A stretch of 64,000 bases of DNA, taken from Octopus bimaculoides (Eukaryota). A program made the translations under genes and the position numbers. How positions within the stretch are numbered: the first letter of the stretch is position 1; each line of letters opens with the position of its first letter. The stretch lies in the NCBI RefSeq assembly GCF_001194135.2, contig NC_068991.1:44341317-44405316 (forward strand). The letters are read 5' to 3'. Below, piece by piece: positions 1-13,057 of this stretch. Below the pieces are notes generated by a model. That model saw only the letters and a program-made list of their open reading frames with translations, was not told where the DNA came from and ran no database searches.

Positions 1-1812
1 ACTATAATTAGTTTTTCATCAAGCAATTCTAATTATTTTATTTATTGTTTATTTTTCTTAACATGTGGTAAATTTCTAAATTGTCAAAGTCAATTTGCAG
101 AGATGTTATGTGTGCATTAGAGAGAATGTTTTACAAATTTTGCTCTGTTTCTGTACTCTGAATCCAGATCCCACCAGAGTCAACTTTGCCTTTATCCATT
201 AATAAGCATAGCACCAACCCAGTGATGATGCACCCTCCTCTTCCCCTAACTTTCACATCTGGGAAGGTCAAAAGGGTATCTATGTGTGTTCACAACCACA
301 AGGCCCCCTTAAACAGCGAAAGTGTTGTTCATACAGCTAAGTCATACTCGGTTGCAAGTGATGGTCATAACTTATTCCCTGCTTAATTTTCATTATTCCT
401 TCTGAGTTATATTGTACATTATAGGAACAAGTTAAGAAGTCATGAGAAAATAAAATAATACTTCTAAACTAAGATGAAAAATTTTCAATATCAAGTCAGA
501 TATAATTCATTATATGTATATACCAACAATAGGTTTTATGAATTGGTTTGAGGTTTGACAAACTAAAAATTAACATCATTGTCTTAACATACACATTTCC
601 TTTCTCATTGAGGTAGATTTTCTACAGTTAGATGCCCTTCCTGTTATATTTCCCCATGGCCAGACATGTTTCCATGGAAGTTTAGAAATGAAGAACACTG
701 CTTGTTTGAGGTTGAAGCTCATTTATAACTATCACATGTTGTCAAGACAGAGGTACCCCTGCGTGCATGCAATGCACACACATATACACAAAACAGGCTT
801 CTTTCAGTTCTCATCTACCAAATCTGCTTACAAGGTTTTGGGCAACTTAGGTTATAGTAAAAGATATTGCCCAAAATTCCACATAGTGGGACTGAACAAA
901 ATGCCATGTGGTTGGGAAACTTCTTGATTACATAGCTATGGGATGTGCCCAGAGTGAAATGCAAAGTTGACCTTAGTGGGAACTCGGGATGAAGAAATGT
1001 CATAAAGCATTTTTCTGACACTAACAAGTTTGCCAGCTCATCACCTTAAAAAAAATCTCAATAAAATCATGTAAGCACATTTAATTTTCAAAAAGATTTA
1101 AAGAGGGTTATTAATATAAACTGAAGTTACTATTGTTGAAATATCTTAGTCTTCTTGAATATTTTTTCTTTAAAACCCTTTTACCTTGAATGATGACCCC
1201 ATGCCTCACCCCACCCATCTTTAATGTTTTCACAGTTGAATGTGCTTCTTGTCAAAATGTTGAGAAGAAAACTGGTTTTACTTTTCAAGTAACTGAAAAT
1301 AAGAGTTACATGCTTCAATAAGGAGCAAAGTGCAATTATTTAAAGTGGTTGAAATTATGAGAATGTAGTTCTGCATGTCTAACAGACATTTGTAATCTTT
1401 TTATTATCATTACTATTACTAGTGTTATTTTTAAGATTGCAAGTATAGCCCTGTCACACAATTGGTAGATACCTGATGGAAGTCATTTTTTAAGGTCATT
1501 GTGGAGTTAATGAACCATGAATTTATATCAAGATAAGACGCTAAGAGGAGAGGAGCCACAGGAGAATTGCTTCTCCTCTAGTTATAGATTTTTTCACAGC
1601 TGTTGTACATTTTTTGTTAGATCTATGACATATTTGTAGCTGTGAGATGACCAAACATCATCATTACATTGTTCATTAGCTCCCACAAATAAAGAACTAA
1701 ATTTCCTTTACCGTAAGTTCCATAAGAATCTAGAAAAAATTTGGGGATTAGGAATGAGTATTGTTTCTCATGTCTCCCTAATAAGAAACTGTTTCTTGTC
1801 AATGCTGTTTAA

Positions 1813-2021
1813 TCCATTAGCTACCATATATCTATTTAAAATACACTGCCTTTATTTCAATTACATTTGAAAATGAAAAATTTAGTAAAATGACTTTGAC
1901 ATTATTATTAAGCTAGTGTTAGGACATAAATTAATATGAAAATTTGATGGAAATGTTGATTCAGATCACTTGAAACAGTGAGTTTGTATTATAGAACTAG
2001 GGGCTGGTGATATCAAAAAAG
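1813..2021. mobile_element. degenerate TTAA-flanked (piggyBac-type) MITE, copy 1
   Basis: ttaa-tccattagctacc ... gatatcaaaaaag-ttaa. Internal similarity to the copies at 4671 and 40553. Confidence 0.45.
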
Positions 2022-2091
2022 TTAAATATGAACATTGCATTTGTCCATCCTTGCTGCCCTCCTTTTATTAACTATTAATTTTGTCATTCTG

Positions 2092-2092
<1 letters not shown>

Positions 2093-2146
<54 letters not shown>
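2093..2146. repeat. (TA)n microsatellite
   Basis: Uninterrupted dinucleotide run. Confidence 0.95.
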
Positions 2147-2151
<5 letters not shown>

Positions 2152-2355
2152 GTAGGGAGTGGATCTTGCAATTCTCAAAAGTTATTTCGTATTAAAAAGA
2201 AAGTTATTACAAGAAAGATTTTATCTTGCCTTTCTATTGAAAATGTTTTGTGAACTGTTGCCTTTTTATTAAAAGTTTTCATTTAACAAATATGTAAAGA
2301 AAAATACATTTCTCTGTATGATAGACATTTTTTTCTCTCCTCCCAATTATTGCAG

Positions 2356-2531
2356 GGCCTGCTGGACCTGGTAGTGCTACATCATCTTCACAGTCGCAGT
2401 CTTCAAGTTCTCATGCAACAAGAAGGCAAAACACAATAGATACTAATACTAATACTACTACAAAAGAAAGTACATTGAGTTCTCGAATGAAGACCCCTTC
2501 TGGTGGTAACATGCCTCTGGAGTCTCCTAAG
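2356..2531 (+). CDS. MARK: MARK/PAR-1 kinase, spacer-region exon (phase 1 to 0)
   Basis: Acceptor ttattgcag|GG at 2355/2356 and donor CCTAAG|gtttgt at 2531/2532. Open Ser/Thr-rich frame PAGPGSATSSSQSQSSSSHATRRQNTIDTNTNTTTKESTLSSRMKTPSGGNMPLESPK, phase-compatible with the next exon. Assigned to MARK by linkage to the recognisable downstream exons. Confidence 0.75.
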
Positions 2532-3329
2532 GTTTGTTTTTTTCTCTCTATGTTGAACTTAATTCATATTTTGAATTTATTTTTACATCTTGTTATTGAT
2601 CTGATTCTTTATGGATCTGGTTCTTTAACAACAAACTAGTAAGGAAGGTTAAAGACTGAAATATATTTATTTTCACTTTCATCCTTTCTCTTTCTGTCTA
2701 CTTCTTTGTTGTTTCAATATTGTAGTCTTCAATATCCTGTTTGAGCTCTTTTGGCATTGGTTTTTCTACTGCTGTTTTTTTTTGTTTTTTTTTATATATA
2801 ATTGTTATTGTCAGTAGTACATGAAGTGGTGTTCAGAAGATTGTATGTGTGTGTAACTATATGACTTTAAAGCAGTAATTCCATATATTGGGACTAAATG
2901 CATTTATAGATATAAATATATGTGTACTCTTTGTTTGACTGTCACTATCCCTTGGAATACTCTGTGTGTGGCATAGTCTTTTTTTTTTGTGTTTGGTAGG
3001 TATATGCCATCTGATTTAATGCTACCACCTGAGCCACAGGTGCTTTTAGCAAATTTCACTCTGTTGCAAGCATGGATGAGGCTCCCAGTAATGCACTGAT
3101 ATCAATTACCTTTCCTAGATACCAAAAAACTAAAACAATAGTCACTAAATAATACTCTCTCTTGGCATCCATAATTTGATCCAACCTAGACATTATACAT
3201 CTTCTCTTACTAACATGCAAATCATACACACCCTATGCCTCTCCAATACAAATCTCGAGACCACTGCCTATAGTCTATCTCTGCTGAACAAGCTACACTC
3301 TTTACTCAAACTTCACACTGAAAGGTGGT

Positions 3330-3505
3330 GTCCACTCCTGCTATTCACATTTCACATCTTGTCCTTATTATGTACAATCATCGATACAGATAGATTGTGC
3401 AATTGCTACCACTTTTTCACCTTTTTTATGGCATTTTATCATAGCCAGTTTATCTTCCAGCATTATAGCATGACACTTAGCACTTCTGCTATGAATTTTC
3501 ATGGG
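3330..3505 (-). mobile_element. pogo/Tigger-like transposase N-terminal HTH remnant
   Basis: AIMLEDKLAMIKCHKKGEKVVAIAQS followed, after a frameshift, by IVHNKDK. Resembles the psq-type HTH of Tigger/CENP-B-like transposases. Confidence 0.5.
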
Positions 3506-4126
3506 GGCAAAAAATAAAGTCACAAATGAATGAGAATGAGAAAGTAGCTGATAAACAGATATAAACAAATCTGAATTGAAAGTAATTGCAGGTATCACGA
3601 GTGACAACAATACCTAATGATAGATATTGGAACTACAGTGCAATACGAGCTCTGAAAGATTGATAAACAAGATAACACAATTGATTTCATGATTTCATTC
3701 ACTAAGCTACACTACTTTATTGCCATTCATGAGAATCATCTTTCTGTGATTCATCTCTTTCATGGAGCTACAATCCTGGATCAAGCAAAGACCAAGATTA
3801 TGAATGTTGTCAGGTGCTCATTGCATTTTATCAGCCAAACAATAACAGTGAAAGTTCCATGCTTGCATTCTATAGAAGACTAGTAACAAACCCAAACATT
3901 TGTATACTACCCAGGCATTACTGAGTTGTAAAGTTGTATTGAGTAGGATTTTTTTTTTTTTAATTTCATTTGAATTTTTTCTTTTTTCATTCAGTTTTTG
4001 AGTAAATCCCTTCACTCTATGTAACATATCTTTGTGATCTCCCCTCCATCTGATGCCCGTGTGGCCAATAAAGAAAAGTCATTATCATTTATTATAATAA
4101 TAATAATAATGAATTTTAAATTGCAG

Positions 4127-4305
4127 ATTAGTGCAAGTCCTGTTAGAATGTCGGTACCAAAAAAACCAAGTGGACCTTCTACAACACCAAAGAACAATGT
4201 TGTAAGTGGTTCTTCTCTAACACGAAGAAGTACTTTTGGACCTGGAGATAATAAGACAAGTATAGAAAAAAATAACAGAACAACTAATGGTCAAGACTAC
4301 CGGAG
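4127..4305 (+). CDS. MARK: MARK/PAR-1 spacer exon (phase 0 to 2)
   Basis: ttgcag|ATT ... CGGAG|gtaaga; ISASPVRMSVPKKPSGPSTTPKNNVVSGSSLTRRSTFGPGDNKTSIEKNNRTTNGQDYR. The LTRRSTF motif resembles MARK spacer motifs. Confidence 0.85.
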
Positions 4306-4670
4306 GTAAGACATTTGAATTCTTTTGATATTGCTTTTGTTGGTTTTGTTATGGGTAAGTAGAAGAAAAGTATAATTTTCATCTTATTAGAATTTATGTA
4401 AACTAAACTTTTAATTTGTCTTCTGTTTTAGCTCAGTGGTGTTTGATTTATGCAAAAGCTTATATATTTCCTTGTATATAATAAACTTGCTAGTATGTTT
4501 ACTAATATTTTCAGATTTTCTAAATTATCTTTATTATTGTATTGAAATATAAACATATGTATGTGGGTTTTATTTTTTTTGGTTTTTTTGTAGCACTACA
4601 CAAATTACTTGAAGTAGTCTTTGACTTATTCTTAGATAAATTGTAAGATAGTCACCAGAAACTTATCTAA

Positions 4671-4889
4671 TCCTTTTGTTGCCATATTTCTTTTGAACTA
4701 CACCCTTTATAATGCAATTTGAAAAATATTAAATAAGATAGTAAAATAACTTCATCGTTATTAAGCTGATGTTTGAAACATAAATTAGCATGAAATTTTG
4801 ATAGAAAATTTTAATTTAAGATTACTTTAAAACAGGAAGTCTGTACCTTAGAACCAGAAGTGATCTCAGGTGGGATGGTATCAAAAGGG
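4671..4889. mobile_element. TTAA-flanked (piggyBac-type) MITE, copy 2
   Basis: ctaa-tccttttgttgcc ... ggtatcaaaaggg-TTAA (4890-4893), about 220 bp. Confidence 0.6.
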
Positions 4890-5329
4890 TTAAATTAACT
4901 ACTGAAATAGTTCTAAGATAGTAACTATACTATCAGTGATTGATAGTATTTGAAACAATTATTTGTCTGAAATTCAAGTAAAACTCATTTTTAATTATTA
5001 CAAAGCTTAATTAATTAGCAGTGTTAACTTCCAGATTGAACTCATCAAGTTGTGGGTTTGTGGTGCTCCAAAAAATTTGACCTTGAGCTCCATTAAGAAT
5101 TTGATTTATCAGTTCACCCAACTGTCCTTGTTATTTAATATGGTGCATATCGCACTAAAACTTCCATTAGTTCAAATTAATTCAATTCAGAAATGCAAAT
5201 AAATAAATAGATAGATAGATAGGTAATAATGATATTATTATTATTATTATTATTAATAATAATAATAATAATAATAGTAATAATAATAATAGTAATAATA
5301 ATAATAATAAATTACTTTCTTTAACATAA

Positions 5330-6240
5330 TAAACTGGAAAATTAGTGAATTGAAAAACTTAGAAGATCCAGGAGCCTATTAACAGCATACAGAAGTTGCC
5401 ACCCCGAAGCAGACACAAACAGTATATATGTACCTTACTCAGAAGGAGGTTGCGGCTTGACACAGATAGAGAACTACTATAACAGTTGGACTAGAAAAAT
5501 ACTTAGAAACAACAAGTGGATGACTACTACCTGTAATAAAGCAACACAGAAAAAAAGAAAATGCTTTTCTCTATACACAAGGAGTTGTCTCTGGCTGTCC
5601 AGTCCTAGCCAAATCTGAATATATAGACTGGCATAACTGATTAAGTAGTTATATCCACTGGGGAATATGCCAATACTACAATAAAAAAAAATGTTTTAAA
5701 CTAACAAGAAATGGTATAAGCATGCGCCAAACAATGTATATGACAACGACCAGGCCACTATCATCTGGGATTGGCTTGTTCAAACTGACAAAGGAATCAA
5801 AGCTAATCAAGGATTGGAAAAAAATACCTGCTTACTGATAGACATGGCAGTCCCTTCTAACCAAAAAGAAGTGGAGAAATTGTCACAGTACAAAGATCTC
5901 AAAATTGAAGTTTTGAAAATGTGGGGCATGAAGGTGAAAAAAGTACCAGTCATAAATGGAACCTTAGGGTGTGATAAAAAAACATATGAGTAAAAACATA
6001 GAAGCTATACCTGGACCCTCAACAATATACACTATCCAAAAAAGTAGCCCTGCTGGGAACAGCCCACATCCTATGCAAGACTCTATCAACCCAAGTAAAA
6101 TAATTCACAAACACAAAACACACTCTGTATGATAAATATTCAATAAAATAAACAACCCTTACAACAAGTACTCTACAGTTGGATATCCAACAGAACAACA
6201 CAACTCTCATTACACACACAACACAATACAAACCTTAATA
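5330..6240 (+). mobile_element. 5'-truncated R4/Dong-clade LINE remnant, copy 1
   Basis: Degenerate RSLLTAYRSCHPEAD..YVP.SEGG.GL, SGCPVLAKSEY...HN, LIDMAVP and P...GTLG segments (RT thumb to RLE region). Starts just after the (AAT)n array. Confidence 0.8.
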
Positions 6241-6539
6241 CAACAGAAGACTGTGCACTAATGCAGTACTAGACAGTGGCTCTCATGGCTTCTGATGTTA
6301 ACTGATTGGTAGTGTTATTATATACATAAAGTGCTTTGGTGTAAAAGATGGCCTACAGCAAATATTCTGCTCAATACCACAGATTTGCTTGTCACTTGCT
6401 TGATTGTAACCAGTTGAACATGTCCCTCAGTGACTGACAATATGTGAATCTTTGATTATGAGCAGTGGAGGAGCATCAGTCATGTGTTGGGAGGGATTCT
6501 TTGGGGTTTTAATAATTCAGTACTGGAAAAATGGGTGTT

Positions 6540-6800
6540 TCATTTATCATCCTTAAACAACCCTTATTCAGAGACCTCTTGAGCAGGATGGGCTACTCAA
6601 CTTGAAGAAAATTCTAACTGGTTCCCACCTGCTAGGTCATGCACTGTTTATCTTGATAGGAGATCACCATGTCATGCACATATTGTTGTGGTCCATGTAC
6701 CTGGTGTGCCCATATCAGATGGGTAGTTATGTTGAGTACATTGGGCTTCATATATTTGTAACCCAGTGTCATTTTGATGACATGCATTGTTCTTTCACTC
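6540..6800 (-). mobile_element. SINE-type interspersed repeat
   Basis: Degenerate copy of a repeat I recognise from octopus DNA (reverse complement of ...gacatggtgatctc.tatcaagataaacag...). Recognised from memory only. Confidence 0.45.
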
Positions 6801-6814
6801 AATAATAATGATAA

Positions 6815-8160
6815 TAATACCAGGAGAGTTAAAAAGCTATTTAGGTCTAAGCTAAGTGGAGGGAACCTGATTAGAGGCATCAATGCATGGGCTGAAGGTG
6901 TGATACCTTACTATGCAGGAATTGTGGAATGGATAGAAAAACTAGGTAAGTAATAGCTATGCATGGGTGCCTAGAAATTTGCCTGAAACTCTCAATTGTT
7001 GAATAATAATAATAATACCAGAAGAGTTAAAAAGCTATGTAGGTCTAATCTAAACAAAGGGAACCTGATTAGAAACATCAATGCATGGGTTGTAGATGTG
7101 GTATGCTACTGTGCAGGAGATGTGGAATGGACAAAGGAAAAACTGGTCAACATGAACGGGAAAAGTAGGAAGATATTGGCTATACATGGATACCTTTATA
7201 CTAGCAGTAACGTAGCAGAGTTTTACTTAGGAAGGAAGGTGCAAGAGGACTGGTTGGAATAGAGGATACTGTTGTGAAGGTGATTAAGTCCTTGCATCCC
7301 TATCTCAGAAATAGTGATGAAAAAATGTTGCAAGGTGTACTTAATGACAATGATAAATACAATATGAGAACTAATAGAGAAAAGATCATCAACTGAAAAG
7401 AGAAAGTCTTACACGAGAGTTTTTCAAACAGCAAAGGAAGCTGATGAAAAATCCTGGGTATAATTGAAATATTGTATTTTTTTAAAGGAATAGGCAGAAA
7501 GACTGATTGTTGCTGCTCAAGAACACCTTTATAAACCATCTCGATCAAGTGTAGCATTGTTAAAACAGCAGTATCACCTTTGCATAGACTATATGAAAAA
7601 TCATCTAAGACAGTTAGACATATTAGTTGATCTCAAAACTGGCTCAAAAGGAGTACAAAAGATACAATAACTAAGTGGCAGTGCAAGTATACTGGGAGTT
7701 GTGCAGGAAGTATGGGCTAGAATGTTCCAACAAATGGTATAAGCACCAACCTTGCCAGTAGCAGATAATGATCTGGTGAAATTCACACGTGATATGCCAA
7801 TATATGCAGACAAAAAGCTGAAACATAATTGACCAGATATTACTCTCCTACAGAAAGAGTCCAAAGAATGGATCTTCATTGATATAGCTATACCTACAGA
7901 GTAGAATATTGTGAAGACCTAGGATTGGAAGTGGAAAAAAATCCATAAAACCTAAAGATTGAGTGTAGTATCTATTGCGATTGGTGCACTTGGGACCATC
8001 TTAAATACCAAACTTTGTAGGAAGTATTCAATAGGCAGCAATACTTGCAACAGCTCAGTTGGCAGCAATACTTGCAACAGTTGATGAAAGTGTTTTGTCT
8101 CTAAGCTGCAGGATGGAGCTGAGACATGACATAGATAAATCAGTGGAAGTTAAGTGAATA
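6815..8160 (+). mobile_element. R4/Dong-clade LINE remnants, copies 2 (6815-6960) and 3 (7015-8160)
   Basis: RRVKKL..S.L..GNLIR.INAW, GRKVQEDWLE (degenerate GGRGL) and PDITLLQKESKEWIFIDIAIP (RLE). Each copy starts after (AAT)n, and copy 3 ends in an (AAT)n tail. Confidence 0.8.
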
Positions 8161-8189
8161 AAAAGAAAATAATAATAATAATAATAAAG

Positions 8190-8740
8190 AATAAATCATC
8201 TTGCCTCTGGTTGTCCAGTTCTGGCTAAGAAGGAATATATCCACAGACATGGCAGTTTGGTTCTATATACACTGGAAGCTGTGCCAGCACTATGGAATGA
8301 CAACAGAAAAATGCATATCCCAGAAAAGGTTTCAGAAAATGACACAACAACCATTCTCTGGAGTATATCAATACATACAGACAGAAAGATCAAGAATAAT
8401 AAACCAAATATTGTCATCAGGGACCATCAAGAAAAGAAATGGCTTCTAATAGACATATCAGTCACAAAAGATGACAGTGTATCTCTTAAAAGAAGCATAG
8501 AATCTCTCAAAATAAAAAAGTCAGAAATAATCCCTCTAATGGTAGGTGCATTAGGTATGGTTGAAAAACATACACATACATAATCAAAACATTAGGACTT
8601 ACAAATATAATATACAGAAAATAGCACTGCTAGGCACTTCCTATATAAAGCACTTACAATAAAAATAACATCAAAACAAACCATAGCATTTACTCAAGGC
8701 CTGCAGTTGTGCTTGATATTGATAAAAATCTGACTACTGA
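8190..8740 (+). mobile_element. R4/Dong-clade LINE remnant, copy 4
   Basis: HLASGCPVLAKKEYIHRH, then PEKVSENDTTTILWSISIHTDRKIKNNKPNIVIRDHQEKKWLLIDISV and IPLMVGALG. Bracketed by (AAT)n. Confidence 0.85.
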
Positions 8741-8754
8741 ATAATAATAATAAT

Positions 8755-9340
8755 CCTTTCTACTAAAGGCATGAGGCCTGAAATTTTGTGGGAGGGGGCT
8801 AGTCGATTACATTGACCCCAGTGTTTCACTGGTACTTAATTTATCAACCATGAAAGGATGAAAGACAAAGTAAACTTTGGTGGAATTTGAACTCAGAACA
8901 TAAAGGCAAATAAAATGCCACTAAGCATTTTGCCTAGTGTGCTAACAATTTTACCAGCTCACCACCTTAATAATAATAATAATCCTTTCTGCTATAGGCA
9001 CAAGGCCTGAAATTTTGGGGAAGGGGACTAGTCAATTATAATGATCCCAGTATGTACCTGGTACTTATTTCATCAGTCCCGAAAGGATGAAAGGCACAGT
9101 TGACCTAGGTGGAATTTGAATAATAATAATAATGGTTTCAAATTTGGCACAAGGACAGCAATTTGGGAGGAGGGGCTAATTGGGTACATCAACCCAGTGC
9201 TTGACTAGTACTTACTTTAGTGACTGAAAGGATGAAAGGCAAAGTCAATCCTGGCAGAATCTGAACTGTGATTATAAAGATGGATGAAATGCTGCTAAAT
9301 ATTTTGCCTGGCATGCTAACAATTCTGTCAGCTTGTCACC

Positions 9341-9342
<2 letters not shown>
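8755..9342 (-). mobile_element. three tandem tRNA-derived SINEs (8755-8968, 8984-9119, 9134-9342) separated by (AAT)n
   Basis: Reverse complement of the aaggyggtgagctgg...gttcaaattcc...ctttcatcctttc...gaccccag family with (ATT)n tails. Confidence 0.8.
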
Positions 9343-9376
<34 letters not shown>

Positions 9377-10166
9377 TACTCTTGTGTCTTTCTCCATCAC
9401 AACATATGAATGAGAAAGGAATGGGTGATAGATGAATAAAGAAAGAAGGGTAAAAAAAAAAAATGAAACCGTTTGAATTCTGTGTGAATATATATATGTG
9501 TGTGTATGTAAGAAAAATCAAACAGCATTTCAACTCTGTGTGTGCGTGTACAAGAGAAGTATGTGAATGTATGTGAACATTGACAAGTGTATTAATTTGA
9601 TTTACCATCCATATTTATATATAAAATACTACAATTAGCCATCATTTTTGATGGTACGGGGCCAACTAGTAATAATGATAATGTGCTGATATCTTATGGC
9701 CTAGTAAATTGTATTACACTGTTTCTACTTGGTGTATTTGGACACTATGAAGTTTTTCCAAATTTATTATTATACAATCTAGCATTGTATAATTTTCACT
9801 GCATGGCACTAATTACACAGATCACTAAAATTTGGTTCTAGAAATTTTAAAAATATTGAATATTTTAATGTCAGTAGCACATAATTGCATTCTAATGGCT
9901 TGATTATTTGGAACAATTGTCTAAAATGTAATTAAAACTTTTTTTTTTTAATTATTACTATGCATAATTAATTTGACTGGAAAATAGAGAATGCTATGAG
10001 GGTAGAATTTCATTCAGTTTTCTTAACATAGTATGCATTTTTCAGAAAATTATTTTGGAATCATTTAAAAATGATAACAATTTTGTTGCATTTGCCATTC
10101 AAGATTAGCTGCTTCTGCCTTTCAAGCTAATTGTTTGTTCCAGAAATAGTTCTCGTACAAAATTTG

Positions 10167-10205
<39 letters not shown>

Positions 10206-12176
10206 CAGTGAAATGGATATATATTTTAATTTCTATCATTATTTTACAGTAATACAAAGCACATTATTTAGTAATATTATCTCTAATACATTATTATATA
10301 ACTAGTATGCTGAGTTTCCAGCATATTGTCTATTCATGTTATGAAATTTAATACATCTGGTTGATGAAAGAGGAAAATCTAAATGTGTGTCAAGTCTATA
10401 AATTTGCTTTAGCTTAGGATGATGAAGCTGCTTCTACTTTGGTTGTAAACTTATTTCAAGAATCTGTAACTCTAAACACAAGAAAATGGTATACAAACTT
10501 TTGAATATAGTTTTCAGTTGGAATTTTGTTTTTAAATATTTTCCATTTATACACTGACTAACAGTCATAATTAGGAAAATATTTACTTTCATTTAAAATG
10601 AAAATTTTCAATTTGATATGCATGTAAACTTTGTAGACCAAACTATTTCTTCTACTCCCTAATTATACATCAACTAACTAAACTATTATCCAACAAGTTA
10701 CTAACTCATACTCATCTAGTGTTATGTGGTGGCTATTTAAACTTTCATGAAGATGGGGACTTTCTGAAAATGTTAAAAAGAAAACTCATGTGCAATGCTT
10801 ACTTTAACCAAAAAAGCAAAACTTTAAATTGCTTTCCTTTTTAATAATCTGAATTTTTATCATTCACATCAGAGGTTGATGGAGGAACTTTGTCCTGTCA
10901 AATGAATTTAATAGATTTATTCAGATGTCCTAATTATTGATTTCTGTTTGGAAAAAATACTTTTTGAAGGACTGGTTTTTATTTTGTTTTTTGTTTACCT
11001 GAAATGCTGTTGAATTCTATTGAGTATAATTGGTAATTATTTTTGTTTGTCATATTCCAGTTTTGACTCACAGCAAATTCTTGTAACAAATCACTTTTAC
11101 TTATTTTCACTTCTGGTAAATTACATTAATTTCGGCCCTGCACAACCATTTAAAGTCTGCTGGATATCTTTACATCATGGAGTCAATATTTACGAAAAAA
11201 AAACCAAACAAACTCTAAGCTTTCTTTAAATAACATTTTATTAACATTAATTTTTACTTACATAAACTACTTGTAAAAGTCAAGTGATCTACACATTTTC
11301 TAGATTACTTCCATTTTGTTATACAAAATTAGATATACTCATAAGTTTATTTATTAGATTCTCTTATGTTCTGTATTGAACACTGAAAAAACATGGTTTT
11401 TAAGTAGTTTAGTTTTTAATTTCTACCCAGCAAATTGAACTAATATTAATGGTATATAAATTTCTTTAATAGCTCTGAGGCAATCAGAAAGAATATGTTG
11501 CTTGATCCAAAAATAGGTGACGTTTCTTTCCATTGAAGATTATTTCTTTGACTGCTTCCAGTTCATCTTGGAATTGTTTTGCCTCTTATATTTCCCACAA
11601 GCCTATAAAAAGTTTAACTTTTTGTAAATAAAAAAGGAACCAGATGAGTTCTTTTAGTCAAGATAATTGTCTTCTACACATGATGTTAGATAAAATATTT
11701 TTAGTTTGATTTTTCTTTGGGCCAAAATCACTCTGTTCATATAATTCTACACAAGCTCAGCATATCAAAATTTCAAATGCTTCTCTTAGAGTTTCTTCTG
11801 ATTCCATTAAGGAACACAATACACATATTTCAAAAATAGGAATATTAGAATAATCAAACTGGAGAAACATCCAAAAATAGTTTTACTGCTAATTACTTAA
11901 CATGTTATCATTATATCAACACTTTTCTATCACATTGTTATTATTATACTGTCTGATGGCTCTGGTTTTGCTGCAAAGATTCTATGGTTTTAAACTTTTG
12001 TTTATGCAAGAAATTCTACAAATACAGAAGATCAAATATATTATGCTACTCATCAATGCAACAGCTATTCAGATTTACCATATGGATTGATTGGCCTTCA
12101 TCAGTGTCTCTGCCTCATTTCCTATTAGTAACTCTGCCTGTTGTAATGAACCTGAGAATCTGCTTTTCTCTTCCAG

Positions 12177-12326
12177 CCATATACCAAATTCTACTTCCAA
12201 TCCATCTTCAGAGCCCCCATCAGCAAGGCCTAAGGGCCATGTAAAGTCAGCCAGCACATGTCAACCATCACGAGTCCCAGATTTGCCACCTATTAGTTCA
12301 GACACATCTGATACCTATAGGCCAAC
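12177..12326 (+). CDS. MARK: MARK/PAR-1 spacer exon (150 nt, phase 2 to 2)
   Basis: cttttctcttccag|C ... CCAAC|gtaagt; (S)HIPNSTSNPSSEPPSARPKGHVKSASTCQPSRVPDLPPISSDTSDTYRP(T). In frame with both neighbours. Confidence 0.85.
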
Positions 12327-12590
12327 GTAAGTACAGATTGGTGCTACAACTGCTAGAAAAATTAGTTCCTTGCCATGGCCGATTTGAATTTTGATGGTTC
12401 TTTGGATTTTTGAAATATGTTGCCTTTGTATTTCCACCACCTCCTACATCGGATGAATATTCCCTCCTCCCTAAATATTCTGTCAATTGTCTGCTTTTTA
12501 TCTAACACTCTGCACCATCTTGCATGATTCTTTGTTGAGGACATTTCCAATCCTTTACATCATTTTCATTATTTCTCTCTCTTTATAATT

Positions 12591-12632
<42 letters not shown>

Positions 12633-12646
12633 TATGTGTGTATATA

Positions 12647-12705
<59 letters not shown>

Positions 12706-13007
12706 NNNNNNNNNNNNNNNNNNNNNNNNNNNNNNNNNNNNNNNNNNNNNNNNNNNNNNNNNNNNNNNNNNNNNNNNNNNNNNNNNNNNNNNNNNNNNNN
12801 NNNNNNNNNNNNNNNNNNNNNNNNNNNNNNNNNNNNNNNNNNNNNNNNNNNNNNNNNNNNNNNNNNNNNNNNNNNNNNNNNNNNNNNNNNNNNNNNNNNN
12901 NNNNNNNNNNNNNNNNNNNNNNNNNNNNNNNNNNNNNNNNNNNNNNNNNNNNNNNNNNNNNNNNNNNNNNNNNNNNNNNNNNNNNNNNNNNNNNNNNNNN
13001 NNNNNNN
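12706..13007. other. assembly gap inside a (TA)n microsatellite
   Basis: 302 N with (TA)n on both sides. Confidence 0.99.

Positions 13008-13057
<50 letters not shown>

Noticed and set aside
5233-5310. (ATT)n-(AAT)n palindrome
   Set aside because: A simple junction of opposite-strand microsatellites, which are abundant in this window.
10417-10440. Frame-preserving 24-nt exon candidate GATGATGAAGCTGCTTCTACTTTG
   Set aside because: Weak acceptor and poor donor (gttgta); expected by chance.
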